The notes beneath the pieces are model-generated. The model worked only from the letters and a program-made list of their open reading frames with translations. It was not told where the DNA came from and did not search any database. Position numbers and translations under genes: made by a program. DNA of 64,000 bases from Bacteroidales bacterium (GTDB taxonomy: Bacteria > Bacteroidota > Bacteroidia > Bacteroidales > WCHB1-69), in contig JAZLLK010000007.1 in assembly GCA_045598105.1 (NCBI GenBank), positions 10,981-74,980 of the forward strand, read 5' to 3'. Positions 18,255 through 29,792 of the stretch are shown piece after piece; within the stretch, counting starts at the first letter, position 1; each line of letters begins with the position of its first letter.

Positions 18255-19622
18255 TTAATTATTTATGCCCCAGTCTTTCAGAAATTGACAATCGTTAAAT
18301 TCATCGGCTAAATGAATGTGGGTATATTTCACTTTATTGTTAATCCATTTGAGCAATGTTTTTTGCTTTTTATCTTCCTGGGCGGCATTTTTAATTTTTT
18401 CGTAGTCGTCTATCAGGTTAGCGGTGTGAGCATCTCTTTTGGCTGTAAGGCATACTATATGGTAGGCCTGATTACCGGCTTCGGTAATGGTGGCTTGTGG
18501 GCGGGTGTATTGTCCTGTGGTATAGTTTTCTATGGCGTACATGGCTGTTTTGTCATATTCCATAAGTTGTTCCTGTGAAAATGCGTACGATGAGGTGTAG
18601 GGGTTTACCACTTTACCTCCATTAATGCGGGTAGGGTCATCGGAGTAGAGGCGGGCAGCGGAGTCAAAGGGAATGTGGTTTTGGGTAATGAGGGTGTGTA
18701 TGCTGTCTAAATAGTCTTTGGCTTCCATGAGGGCTTCTATGGAAGGCTTAGGTCGTATGAGTATATGAGCCACGTTAATGCTTTCGCCTCGGCGGTCCAG
18801 CATTTTTATTATATGGTATCCGGCTTCGGTTTCTACCACCGGTGATATTTCACCAGGGCGAAGGGCGTAGGCAGCAGCTTCAAATTCGGGGTAGAGTTCA
18901 CCACGGGAGGTAAAGCCTATATCGCCGCCTTTGCCGGCGCTGCCGGGGTCTTCGGAATACATACGGGCAAAGGTGCTAAAGTTTTCTCCTTTGAGTGAGC
19001 GGGAACGAAATTCTTCCAACTTTTCTTTTATGCTTATTTTTTCGGCATCGCTTATCTTGGGGGTTTTTACTATGTGAGCCAACTCGTATTCGGTAGGTAT
19101 AACAGGTATGCTGTCAGCAGGTATGCTGTTGTAATAGTCTTTTACCTCCTGGCTTATTACGTTTATATTGGCCGTAATGCTGCGTTGGGCTTCTTCGGCC
19201 AGCATATCTTCTTTCAGTTGTTCACGGGAATCTGCTTTTATTTCAGCCAGACTTTTACCGTAGTATGTTTCCAGCTTTTTGGCGTCACCGCCCATACGCA
19301 TTATTTGCATTTTAAGGTTATAGTCCAAGCGGTCTTCCACTTGCTGGTCGGTAATAACTATGCTATCCAGTTCAGCCTGATGTACCAATAGTTTTTGGAA
19401 CAATAATTGTTCCATTATGCTGCACACCTCCTCATTGTCAATTTCCATGGTGTAGTATCCGGTAGCGTATTTATAGGCCTGTATGGCATATTCAAGGTCT
19501 GAACGGGTAATAATGTGGTCGCCTATGGTGGCTATAATTTCATCTATTACCACGTTGTTTTGAGCCGATGCGGTTATGGGTAATATGGCTGATAATAGTA
19601 TGATATAAAAATATTTTTTCAT
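18255..19622 (-). CDS. SurA-like periplasmic peptidyl-prolyl isomerase (parvulin domain)
   Basis: A signal peptide, a SurA N-like domain, and the parvulin motifs GGDIGF and GYHIIK are present. Confidence 0.8.
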   Translation of the reverse strand: MKKYFYIILLSAILPITASAQNNVVIDEIIATIGDHIITRSDLEYAIQAYKYATGYYTMEIDNEEVCSIMEQLLFQKLLVHQAELDSIVITDQQVEDRLDYNLKMQIMRMGGDAKKLETYYGKSLAEIKADSREQLKEDMLAEEAQRSITANINVISQEVKDYYNSIPADSIPVIPTEYELAHIVKTPKISDAEKISIKEKLEEFRSRSLKGENFSTFARMYSEDPGSAGKGGDIGFTSRGELYPEFEAAAYALRPGEISPVVETEAGYHIIKMLDRRGESINVAHILIRPKPSIEALMEAKDYLDSIHTLITQNHIPFDSAARLYSDDPTRINGGKVVNPYTSSYAFSQEQLMEYDKTAMYAIENYTTGQYTRPQATITEAGNQAYHIVCLTAKRDAHTANLIDDYEKIKNAAQEDKKQKTLLKWINNKVKYTHIHLADEFNDCQFLKDWGINN

Positions 19623-19634
19623 CTTTTCTAAGTG

Positions 19635-20468
19635 TTAATATAGTATTTCTCCGTTCTTTTGGGCCTTTTCCATGGCTTTAGTGCGGAGCTGATTCAGCAT
19701 GTTTACCTGTTTTTCTTTTAAGAGTATATCTGTTATGTTATTTTGTACTATTGATAGGGGGGCTAAGGTCTCTTTGGTTTTAAAGTCCAATATTTGAACC
19801 ATATATATATAATCGGAATCGTTGAATACCAATTCGGTTTCTCCATTTTTGAATTTTGTTTCATTGTACAGGGTGAGTGGTATTTCTTTCAATATATCTT
19901 CATAGAGTAGCCATTGATTTTGCATATAATAGTTTTCGGCGTTATTCATGCATATATTTTCCATTTGTTTTTCTTCCTGAGCGGTACGTGTTTTAAAGAA
20001 TAGTTTTTGTGCTTTTTCTATGTTTGGGGTGTTGATGGAAAATTTGATAAAATGTAGTTTTATTGCATTTTGTGCCAGCATGAATTTGTCAGGGTGGGTT
20101 TTATAGTAGGCTAGTATTTCATCTTGAGATATCATGTTTTTAGTTACATGATTATTCAGGTATTTGGTTTCAAATGCGTGTATGGTAAGGGCGTTTCGGT
20201 AGTTTTCTATTTCATGATCAAAGTTCATTTCCCCGGGGGTAAGGTAGTGTTCTGCTTCGTGAAGCATTACCTGTTCCTGTATCCAGCCTTGAAGGTGTTG
20301 TTGGGTTAAAGCAATGCTGTCGTTGGCGGAGTAGGCGGGCAGCATTGCTTGTAATTCACTCAACGATAATTCTTTGTCATACACTCTTACCACTATGGTA
20401 TTAGAGCGTTTGCAGGCGCAACAAGTCGCAATAAGTATGCTTACCAATGCTATTATGCGCTTTTTCAT
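19635..20468 (-). CDS. SurA-N-like lipoprotein (no clear parvulin domain)
   Basis: The start is set at MKKRIIALVSILIATCCAC (lipobox), which abuts the upstream stop at 20471. It lies between two PPIase genes. Confidence 0.55.
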   Translation of the reverse strand: MKKRIIALVSILIATCCACKRSNTIVVRVYDKELSLSELQAMLPAYSANDSIALTQQHLQGWIQEQVMLHEAEHYLTPGEMNFDHEIENYRNALTIHAFETKYLNNHVTKNMISQDEILAYYKTHPDKFMLAQNAIKLHFIKFSINTPNIEKAQKLFFKTRTAQEEKQMENICMNNAENYYMQNQWLLYEDILKEIPLTLYNETKFKNGETELVFNDSDYIYMVQILDFKTKETLAPLSIVQNNITDILLKEKQVNMLNQLRTKAMEKAQKNGEILY

Positions 20469-20470
20469 GT

Positions 20471-22477
20471 TTATTTTATTAATTGGTATATGGTGTCTTT
20501 GTCCACCCATATAGGAGTGTTGCGGTGCAGCTCTTCTATCCAGTCTTTTTCCAGTTTGTCCTGGTAGGCCGATATTACTATACCTTTTATTTCTTTGAGC
20601 GGTTTGGGTGATGGTTGCAGTATTTGCAGGGGCTTATAGAATACCATTTCCGGTGCGGATACGTAAAGCGGATTGTTTTGTATCATGTCATCGGCTATGG
20701 AGTTTTGGCCCTTAGAGAAAATGACGGTATCGGTTACTACGGTTACGTTCTTTTTGTTAAATTTGTTGTTAATATTGTTAATATCTTTATTGGCAGCCAG
20801 GTATTTTTGAATTTTGGCAGCGGTAGCGTCATCCACACATTTTATTCTGAGAGCCTGTACTCGCACGGGGTATAAATATCGGTTTTTGATGTTTTGGTAG
20901 AATTGTTCTAAGCCTATGCTGTCGTTTTCTGATTTACGCCATATTTTTTCCTCACTCAGTTCGTATATGAGTATGCCTTCTTTGTATTCTTTCATCAAAT
21001 TGGCAAATTCGGGGTATTTGCTTTCCAACTTACTATTTTCCAATTCGGTAGCTGCATGTCCTATAAAGCGTTGGTATGCGTAGTTTACCAAGGGTTTCAA
21101 CTCGGAGGTGTCCATATTGGTAAACGGATATTTTTCCAAATGGAGCGCAAAGTCGTGTTGGGTATAGGTTTTACCTGCTAATACAAACATATCTTTATTC
21201 AGTTGGCTTACCATGTCGGCGGTAAATTTTCCCACAAATATATTGGAGTCAAGGGCGGTATAGAATTCTTCTACGGGTTTTAGTCCTTTTTTAGGCAGTA
21301 TTTCTTTAAATCCGTTTTCTTTCTTTACTCTTTCCACAAACGCTTCTTTGCTTTTATTGGAGCGGGTATCACGCATTATTCTGCTTTTAACCATGTTGCG
21401 GGTTTCTTTATTAATTTCTATAGGAACTACTTCGGTTACCTTTATAATGTGCCATCCATACATGGTTTTAACAGGTTGAGAGTATTCTCCTTTTTTCAAA
21501 TTGTATAGGGGGGCTATAAAGTTGCCTTCAAATCGGTTACAACCGAATAGAGGTAATTCGTTATTGGTAACGGTTTCACCCAAATATTTGGTGCGTGCGG
21601 CTTCAAAGTCCATACCATTTTGCAGGTCAGCATAGGCTTCCCGTATTTTGGCTTCCACTTCTTTGGCGTTGGCTGCGCGTTCGGCATCGTTTAGGTTTAC
21701 GTTTCTATTGAACGGGAGCAGTATTTGGGTAGCTTTACGTTTGCCCAGTGCCGGTTTTTTGTCATGAACGTATATAAGGTGATAGCCAAATTCCGAGCGG
21801 ATCGGCATAGACAATTGGCCTACAGGGGTATTATATGCTCCGCATTCAAATGAGTATATCATGTCAAAGGCGGTAAAGTAGCCTAAGTCGCCATGATTGC
21901 CGTATTGAATAATTTTTCCTCCGGCGGAGCGTTTGTCCTTAGCTGAGGGGTCGTCTGATTCTTCTTGTGCCAGGGTGGCAAAGTCTTCACCTTTGAGTAT
22001 GCGGTTACGCAGACTTATAATGGCATTGTATGCTGCCAGGGTATCGGCAGGGGATGCGTCAGGTTTTACCTGCTTAAGTATGTGTGATACGCGTACATCC
22101 CATTGCATACGTTCCAAGGCTTCATTAATAATTTTTTCATCCACTTCTTTGTCGGTGAGATATTGGGCGGCTGCCTGTTCACGGTATCCGGCCAATTCAT
22201 TTTGCAGGCGGACAATGGTATCCAATTTCATGTCCAATGCCTGAGCGTATTTAAGGCGGAAGTTAACATAGAGGTCTATATAGCTGTCTATGTCGCTTTT
22301 GCTTACTTTGCTCAAATCATTGTTTTTGGCGTAGGTGCTGCAAAATTCGGAATAGCGTATGGAGTCATTCCCCAGTGCTATTACTACGGGGTCAGCTTTT
22401 TGTGTTTGAGCGGACACCGTAATTGTTATTATACAAAGTGTGATAATAGCTAATGATTTGAATACGTTTTTATTCAT
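20471..22477 (-). CDS. Large PpiD/SurA-like peptidyl-prolyl isomerase with two parvulin-like domains
   Basis: A signal peptide is present, with two parvulin-like signatures (GDLGYF ... FGYHLIYV and YGWHIIKV). Confidence 0.8.
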   Translation of the reverse strand: MNKNVFKSLAIITLCIITITVSAQTQKADPVVIALGNDSIRYSEFCSTYAKNNDLSKVSKSDIDSYIDLYVNFRLKYAQALDMKLDTIVRLQNELAGYREQAAAQYLTDKEVDEKIINEALERMQWDVRVSHILKQVKPDASPADTLAAYNAIISLRNRILKGEDFATLAQEESDDPSAKDKRSAGGKIIQYGNHGDLGYFTAFDMIYSFECGAYNTPVGQLSMPIRSEFGYHLIYVHDKKPALGKRKATQILLPFNRNVNLNDAERAANAKEVEAKIREAYADLQNGMDFEAARTKYLGETVTNNELPLFGCNRFEGNFIAPLYNLKKGEYSQPVKTMYGWHIIKVTEVVPIEINKETRNMVKSRIMRDTRSNKSKEAFVERVKKENGFKEILPKKGLKPVEEFYTALDSNIFVGKFTADMVSQLNKDMFVLAGKTYTQHDFALHLEKYPFTNMDTSELKPLVNYAYQRFIGHAATELENSKLESKYPEFANLMKEYKEGILIYELSEEKIWRKSENDSIGLEQFYQNIKNRYLYPVRVQALRIKCVDDATAAKIQKYLAANKDINNINNKFNKKNVTVVTDTVIFSKGQNSIADDMIQNNPLYVSAPEMVFYKPLQILQPSPKPLKEIKGIVISAYQDKLEKDWIEELHRNTPIWVDKDTIYQLIK

Positions 22478-22516
22478 TTTATTTCTTTTATATAATTTTT
22501 TAACTGTTTTTTTTTG

Positions 22517-24049
<1,533 letters not shown>

Positions 24050-24073
24050 TTATTACCTATATATATTAAAATA

Positions 24074-24081
24074 CAAAGGTA
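24074..24081 (-). promoter_or_regulatory. -7 promoter motif (TACCTTTG) for the guaB-PPIase-moxR block
   Basis: Exact match on the minus strand with an A9 tract upstream. Confidence 0.5.
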
Positions 24082-24140
24082 TCATTTTTTTTTGTGTTAT
24101 GGCGGATATGATTGCCAAAAAAAATGAATAAAAATGCAGA

Positions 24141-25484
24141 TTATTTTATGCGGAGTTTTTGACCTATGTCTATGCGGTCACCCTGTAGGTGATTGAGTTG
24201 CTTAATATGCTCTACCGTAGTGGCATATTTGCGGGCTATGTGGCTGAGTGTGTCGCCTTTTTTTACCGTGTAGGTGCTGCTGTTTTCGGCTTTGGTGCTG
24301 CTTTTGGCAGAAGAAGTGGTGTATATGGTCAGTTTTTGGCCGGCATATATGTTGTCATTCTTCAATTTATTCCATGTTTTAATATGGCTTACCGATGTGT
24401 GAAATTTTTGGGCTATTTTGCCCAATACATCTCCCGATTTTACCGTGTAGGTAATAGCAGCGGTGTGAGTGGATACAGCTGTGTTTTTGATGCTTCCAGG
24501 TGTTACGGCAGGTGGGGTGTTATTTACTGTGGTATCGGCATGTATTGTAAGGCTGTCATTAAGGCCGGCAATAGAGACCGTAAGAGTGTCGGAATAATAT
24601 ATGCTGTCACCTTTTGCAGCAAATAGTGCTGCCTTGTCACATGGCAATATTATAGGATAATTTACGGGTAAATATTCATTTACTATGCAGGGATTCAGTT
24701 GTCTGAATTTGTTAGTGCTCATGCATAGGCATTCGCACAAACGGGTGTGGGTACAGGTTTGTGCCAAATACACGGTATCGGTATGCAGACACAAAGGCGC
24801 CATAGGGGTAATGTGATGGAAGGTGTAAAAATGTGTAATGTAGGCTGCCGCCAATATTTGGGGAATAATATCGGGAGTGCTTAAGGTACGTGACAGATAT
24901 ATGTCCCATATATCAAAACTGTCATTGACGCATAAGGCGTAGGCCTGCTGCATTTGTTGCCAGCTATTGGCGTAGGCTGTTATTACCTGCCAAGTATGCG
25001 GGCATATATCGGTCATGTGTTTAAGGTACTGTATGGCTGCCAATGTGGATTTATGCATGTTACATCGCTCATCTATGCTGTCATTTACCGTTAAGCCATA
25101 GCGAATTGCTGCCCAATACGACAGCCCCCAATAGCCCTTGGTGAGCCATTTTCCGTTATAATTAGGATTCATATTGCTTATAGCCAATGGAATATAGCGA
25201 TATTCCATTGGTAAATCATAAGCCTTTAGCAGGGAATCTATGTAAGGCGCATAGGCAAAATATTTACCTAATGTGGCATTGGTCGCTTTGCCATTATTGG
25301 AATAGTAGCCAATGTGTCGTGTAATGGCATGATGATATGTGTATTCTATATTAAGCCCTATGCCCGAAAGCTGCTTGGCAAACAAACTGTCAGCCCATGA
25401 GCACGACTGTGCCGCAACGGAGTAGGTGAGAGCACTATATATAATAATGATAAACAATGAAAAATATCGCTTAGTCATAGGCAA
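24141..25484 (-). CDS. MltD-like protein with two C-terminal LysM domains; the lytic transglycosylase core looks degenerate
   Basis: The two LysM repeats are YTVKSGDVLGKIAQKF... and YTVKKGDTLSHIARKY.... The N-region aligns by eye to the SLT/MltD core, but it reads IPLAISNMNP where MltD has LPIVESAFDP. Confidence 0.7.
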   Translation of the reverse strand: MPMTKRYFSLFIIIIYSALTYSVAAQSCSWADSLFAKQLSGIGLNIEYTYHHAITRHIGYYSNNGKATNATLGKYFAYAPYIDSLLKAYDLPMEYRYIPLAISNMNPNYNGKWLTKGYWGLSYWAAIRYGLTVNDSIDERCNMHKSTLAAIQYLKHMTDICPHTWQVITAYANSWQQMQQAYALCVNDSFDIWDIYLSRTLSTPDIIPQILAAAYITHFYTFHHITPMAPLCLHTDTVYLAQTCTHTRLCECLCMSTNKFRQLNPCIVNEYLPVNYPIILPCDKAALFAAKGDSIYYSDTLTVSIAGLNDSLTIHADTTVNNTPPAVTPGSIKNTAVSTHTAAITYTVKSGDVLGKIAQKFHTSVSHIKTWNKLKNDNIYAGQKLTIYTTSSAKSSTKAENSSTYTVKKGDTLSHIARKYATTVEHIKQLNHLQGDRIDIGQKLRIK

Positions 25485-25486
25485 TG

Positions 25487-26452
25487 TTATCCCATTAAAC
25501 CGCGACCTTGTTTGTGAATTTTATCGTCATTTTTAAGCACGTTTAATATGTTGTCTAACAAACCGTTTACAAAGTTTTTGCTCTTTGGTGTGCTATAATA
25601 TTTGGCCAGTTCTATGTATTCATTAAGAGTTACACGTAAAGGTATGGATGAAAATTCACAAAATTCACATATAGCCATTTGTAATAATATGAGGTCCATC
25701 ATGGCTATACGCTCCATTTCCCAATTACGTATGTTATTGGATATGATATTGGTGTACTCCTTTTTATAACAGGTTGTTTTGTTGAACAAATCTATAAGGA
25801 ATTGTTTATCCTCACTGCCACCGTCATTGTCTTTTTTAAACATGGGGGGTAGGGTGGCTTCTTTGGCGTTCTTTTGAGTGAAACTCTTCAAAAACTTATA
25901 TACCAATACCACTATGTCATTATAATCGTGTGCCCAATGCAACTTCATGTCACCAAAGTATTGCATAATGTCATCATTATTCAGCATGTAGTGTTCCACT
26001 ATATCCAGTACCAATTGCTTGTCCTGCATAAAGGTGGAATCTTCTGACTGCATGTAATTAATGTAGATGTCAGTATTAGTAATGGCGTCTAATGTTTTAC
26101 GTATAAATACTTGTGCCACATCGTTGGCCCATGGGTTGTTAATTAACGATATCTGCTTGGTTATATCGGCATTTTCATCAAGCAGGCGAATGAATTGATT
26201 GTTTACAAATTTCCAATTCGGCTTAAGGTCCGCCTGTGTGGGAATGAACTTGCGACGCTTGTTATCTATGATTTCACGAGCCATGGCGGTAAGATTTCCA
26301 AACATGGCAATGAGCGTAATGAATAATTCATAGTCATCTTCAAATTCACGGAGCAATTTCTTGGCAGCTTCCGATTGCTTACTGCAACCCGAAACCTCGT
26401 AAGCATATATTGCCTGCAACACCTTTACTCTAATAAAATTTCTTCCTATCAT
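25487..26452 (-). CDS. nusB: Transcription antitermination factor NusB (long Bacteroidota form)
   Basis: The N-terminus RVKVLQAIYAYE and the C-terminus DLILLQMAICEF ... FVNGLLD match NusB. The start is set at MIGRNF (26452), 20 nt after the promoter motif. Confidence 0.8.
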   Translation of the reverse strand: MIGRNFIRVKVLQAIYAYEVSGCSKQSEAAKKLLREFEDDYELFITLIAMFGNLTAMAREIIDNKRRKFIPTQADLKPNWKFVNNQFIRLLDENADITKQISLINNPWANDVAQVFIRKTLDAITNTDIYINYMQSEDSTFMQDKQLVLDIVEHYMLNNDDIMQYFGDMKLHWAHDYNDIVVLVYKFLKSFTQKNAKEATLPPMFKKDNDGGSEDKQFLIDLFNKTTCYKKEYTNIISNNIRNWEMERIAMMDLILLQMAICEFCEFSSIPLRVTLNEYIELAKYYSTPKSKNFVNGLLDNILNVLKNDDKIHKQGRGLMG

Positions 26453-26472
26453 GATGTATGAATTACAATTTG

Positions 26473-26480
26473 CAAAGGTA
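26473..26480 (-). promoter_or_regulatory. -7 promoter motif (TACCTTTG) for nusB
   Basis: Exact match. It lies inside the ORF-track N-terminal extension, which is therefore rejected. Confidence 0.55.
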
Positions 26481-26632
26481 GCATTTTTTTTTGGACCAAA
26501 TGCCAATAGTGGCGTATTTGTATAATATATTAGTTAATGTGTTGATAGTTAGAGCGGTGTAAACTGCTAAAATAAAGGTGTAATAGTTCAATATTTTTGT
26601 TCCATTTTATTAAATGTTATCATAAAAAATGT

Positions 26633-26640
26633 TATCTTTG
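26633..26640 (+). promoter_or_regulatory. -7 promoter motif (TATCTTTG)
   Basis: 30 nt upstream of ATG 26671. Confidence 0.55.
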
Positions 26641-26670
26641 CAAAATCATTAACAAAAAAGAATTTCAGGT

Positions 26671-27360
26671 ATGAAAAAATTATCATTTTTATTGGCATGT
26701 GTGCTTATAACAGGCATGATAAATGCGCAGTCAATTAAATTATATTATGCTGACAATTACCAAAAGGCGGGTGAAGTTACCGAAGATACCATCACCATAG
26801 ATTATACCACTTATGGCATAGACATAGCCTATTGGATGTATGTGGAGAACACCACGGGTGAAAAAATGGACATAGTACTTACTAAAACCATACTGGACAC
26901 CATTTCCGGTTCGCAGGTGCATTTTTGCTGGGGAAGTTGTGTGGGTACTGAAGTATATGTAAGTGATCCTGTGGAAGTAGGTGCCGGTGAAAGTGAGGCT
27001 TTTCAGGCAGAATATATGATGAATTCGGGTAGCGGTACCACCCTGGTACGATATACTTTTGCCAATGCCAATAATCCATCGGATTCCGCATCGGTAGTGT
27101 TGGCTTATCGTACCACAGTGAGCGTAGCCGAGTCATTGGTGATGAATGTACGCACTTATCCTAATCCTGTAGTAAACAGGGTGTATATAACGGGTGCCGG
27201 TTACAATGCCATAGTGTCATTATATGATATATTGGGTAATCAAATCATAGCCGATGCTCGTGTTACCGACATAGATATGAGCAATTTGAGTGCCGGTATA
27301 TATATGATACGGGTAAAATACGGGAATAAGGTGTTTACTAAAAAGATAATTAAAAAATAA
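26671..27360 (+). CDS. Small secreted protein with a T9SS C-terminal sorting domain
   Basis: A signal peptide is present. The C-terminal part, YPNPVVNRVYI ... LSAGIYMIRV ... KKIIKK, is typical of a Por secretion tail. Confidence 0.75.
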   Translation: MKKLSFLLACVLITGMINAQSIKLYYADNYQKAGEVTEDTITIDYTTYGIDIAYWMYVENTTGEKMDIVLTKTILDTISGSQVHFCWGSCVGTEVYVSDPVEVGAGESEAFQAEYMMNSGSGTTLVRYTFANANNPSDSASVVLAYRTTVSVAESLVMNVRTYPNPVVNRVYITGAGYNAIVSLYDILGNQIIADARVTDIDMSNLSAGIYMIRVKYGNKVFTKKIIKK

Positions 27361-27380
27361 ATCCTATATAAAATCATAAA

Positions 27381-27415
27381 AGCAGAGGTGTATGCTTACA
27401 TCTCTGCTTTTTTTT
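27381..27415 (+). terminator. Rho-independent terminator
   Basis: Stem AGCAGAGGTGTA pairs with TACATCTCTGCT (one G:U pair) around loop TGCT, followed by T8. Confidence 0.8.
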
Positions 27416-27430
27416 GCCTGTGTGAAAGGG

Positions 27431-28657
27431 TTATTGTTCAATAAGTGTAAAGTTTTTACATATATTTAATATTGTCAGGCAGGCTTTATGCATGCTTTCA
27501 AGCACGGCAAATTCATATTTACCATGAAAATTATGTCCGCCGGTGAACAGGTTGGGGCATGGCAGGCCCATGTAGGAAAGTCTGGCTCCGTCGGTGCCGC
27601 CCCGTATGGGCACTATGAGTGGCACTGCTCCTGCTTCCCGAATGGATTTTTCTGCAAGTTCTACTATAAAGTAGTGATTTTGTATTACTTCACCCATGTT
27701 GTAATATTGATCTTCTATATGACATGAAATGCAAGAGCCATATAGGTTGTTGAGTGTGTTCACGCATTGTAGCATCAGTTGTTTTTTTTGTTCAAATTTT
27801 TGCCTGTCATGGTCACGTATTATGTAGTTCATGGTGGTGAGTTCTACCGAGCCCTGCATGTGGCATAAATGGAAAAAACCTTCTTTGTTACAGGTATGTT
27901 CCGGTATTTCCATGGACGGAAGCATGCGGTGCAGTTCCATGGCTATGTGTTGGGCGTTCACCATTATATTTTTGGCGGAGCCGGGGTGTACATTAATGCC
28001 GTGTATGCTTATATCGGCCTGAGCGGCATTAAAGTTTTCATATTCCAGTTCGCCTTCGGCGCCGCCGTCCACGGTGTAAGCATAGCGTGCCCCAAATTCG
28101 GATATATTAAAATGGTTGGCACCGCATCCTATTTCTTCATCGGGAGTAAAGGCTATGTGTATGTCTCCGTGTATTATATGCGGGTGTGCTATAAGGTATT
28201 CCATGGCACACATTATTTCGGTAATGCCGGCTTTGTCATCGGCGCCAAGTAGGGTGTTGCCGTTGGTGGTAATAAGGGTGCATCCTTTGTACTGCAGCAT
28301 TTGCGGAAACATGGTGGGGCTAAGTGTTATATTCTTCGATAACGCTATATCTTCTCCTTGGTAGTCGGTGTGAACCTGTGCCTGTATGCCTTCACCGCTA
28401 TAGTCAGGAGAGGTGTCCATGTGGGCTATAAATCCTATGGGTATAACGGGCTTGTCCGTATTGGCGGGCAGTACGGCACTTACTATGCCGTAGGGCGATA
28501 TGCTTACCTGTTGAAGTCCTATATGCTCCAGTTCTTGGGCCAGCATGCGGGCAAATGCGGTTTGTTCCGAAGTGCTGGGAACCGAAGTGCTGTGTTCATC
28601 GGATTGTGTGTTAAAGGCAATAAGCCTTAAAAAACGTTCTAATATGCTGCTTGTCAT
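27431..28657 (-). CDS. pepT: Peptidase T (tripeptide aminopeptidase, M20B)
   Basis: The N-terminus MTSSILERFLRLIAFNTQS resembles PepT. The metal-ligand motifs HMDT, GADDKAG and DEEIG are present. The start is set at M13. Confidence 0.9.
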   Translation of the reverse strand: MTSSILERFLRLIAFNTQSDEHSTSVPSTSEQTAFARMLAQELEHIGLQQVSISPYGIVSAVLPANTDKPVIPIGFIAHMDTSPDYSGEGIQAQVHTDYQGEDIALSKNITLSPTMFPQMLQYKGCTLITTNGNTLLGADDKAGITEIMCAMEYLIAHPHIIHGDIHIAFTPDEEIGCGANHFNISEFGARYAYTVDGGAEGELEYENFNAAQADISIHGINVHPGSAKNIMVNAQHIAMELHRMLPSMEIPEHTCNKEGFFHLCHMQGSVELTTMNYIIRDHDRQKFEQKKQLMLQCVNTLNNLYGSCISCHIEDQYYNMGEVIQNHYFIVELAEKSIREAGAVPLIVPIRGGTDGARLSYMGLPCPNLFTGGHNFHGKYEFAVLESMHKACLTILNICKNFTLIEQ

Positions 28658-28679
28658 AGTGCTTACTTGTTGTATTGTT

Positions 28680-29766
28680 CTATTCACCGCCATACATCAT
28701 GAGGTAAGATTTTAAAAAATCGTCCAAATCACCATCCAGTACCGCTTGTGCATTGCCTGTTTCGTGGCCGGTGCGGTTGTCTTTCACCAGCTTGTACGGG
28801 TGTAAAACGTAGTTGCGTATTTGTGAGCCCCATTCTATTTTTTTCTTATTGCTTTCCATTTCGTCTATTTGGGCATGTTTTTTCTGCAATTCTATTTCGT
28901 AGAGTCTGGATTTTAGCATTTGTAGGGCTTTTTCCTTGTTTTGCGACTGAAAGCGGGTAATTTGGCATTCTATTACTATGTCGGTAGGCAGGTGATGCAG
29001 GCGAACGGCGGTTTCCACCTTATTTACATTTTGTCCGCCGGGACCGCTGCTGCGGAAGGTGTCCCATTCTATTTCCGATGGGCTTACCGTTATATTTATA
29101 TCGTCATCTATTACCGGACACACAAATACCGATGCAAAGGAGGTGTGCCGCCTGTTGGCGGCATCAAAAGGTGACAGCCTTACCAAACGGTGCACGCCGC
29201 TTTCTCCTTTCAGGTTGCCATAGGCGTAGGTGCCTTCCAATTCTATGGTAACCGATTTCAGGCCGGCTACATCGCCTTCCAGCCTGTCTATTTCCTTTAT
29301 ACTGTAGCCGTGGGCTTCAGCCCAGCGGCAATACATGCGGAGAAGCATTTCGGCCCAGTCCTGACTTTCGGTGCCACCGGCACCGGAATTAATGGTAATG
29401 GTGGCACCCAATCTGTCCTCCTCTCCTGACAACATACGCCTGAATTCCATATCCTCTATGGAGGTAATGGCATTTTGCTGTGCCTGATTTAACTCCTCTT
29501 CGGTAATATTTTCGGAGTCAAAAAATTCCAATGCCAACCGGTATTCCTCTATCATGCTCTCCATGTGAGCGTAGGCATGTGTCCATGATTTAATTTCATT
29601 CACTGATTTTAGCTTTTTTTCGGCTTCCTGCGGATTGTCCCAAAAATGAGGATCATGACTTTCAATTTCCTTTTCGGTTATGAGTTTCAGCTTGTTATCT
29701 ATGTCAAAGACACCTCCTTATTTCGGAGGACCTTTGTAGCATATTTTTGAGTTCAAAATCATTCAT
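28680..29766 (-). CDS. prfB: Peptide chain release factor 2, requires a +1 programmed frameshift at 29703-29709
   Basis: Frame 0 reads [20 protein letters not shown] then TGA. The +1 frame continues [41 protein letters not shown] and joins ORF 28680..29603. SPF and GGQ (GPGGQNVNK) motifs are present. Confidence 0.92.
29703..29718 (-). promoter_or_regulatory. RF2 autoregulatory +1 frameshift site
   Basis: The minus strand reads AGGAGG tgt CTT TGA C. An SD-like element lies 3 nt before the slippery CUU-UGA-C, the same layout as the E. coli site. Confidence 0.9.
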
Positions 29767-29784
29767 CTTTCCAATATTTTTCTG

Positions 29785-29792
29785 CAAAGATA
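29785..29792 (-). promoter_or_regulatory. -7 promoter motif (TATCTTTG) for prfB
   Basis: 18 nt upstream of ATG 29766. Confidence 0.55.
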
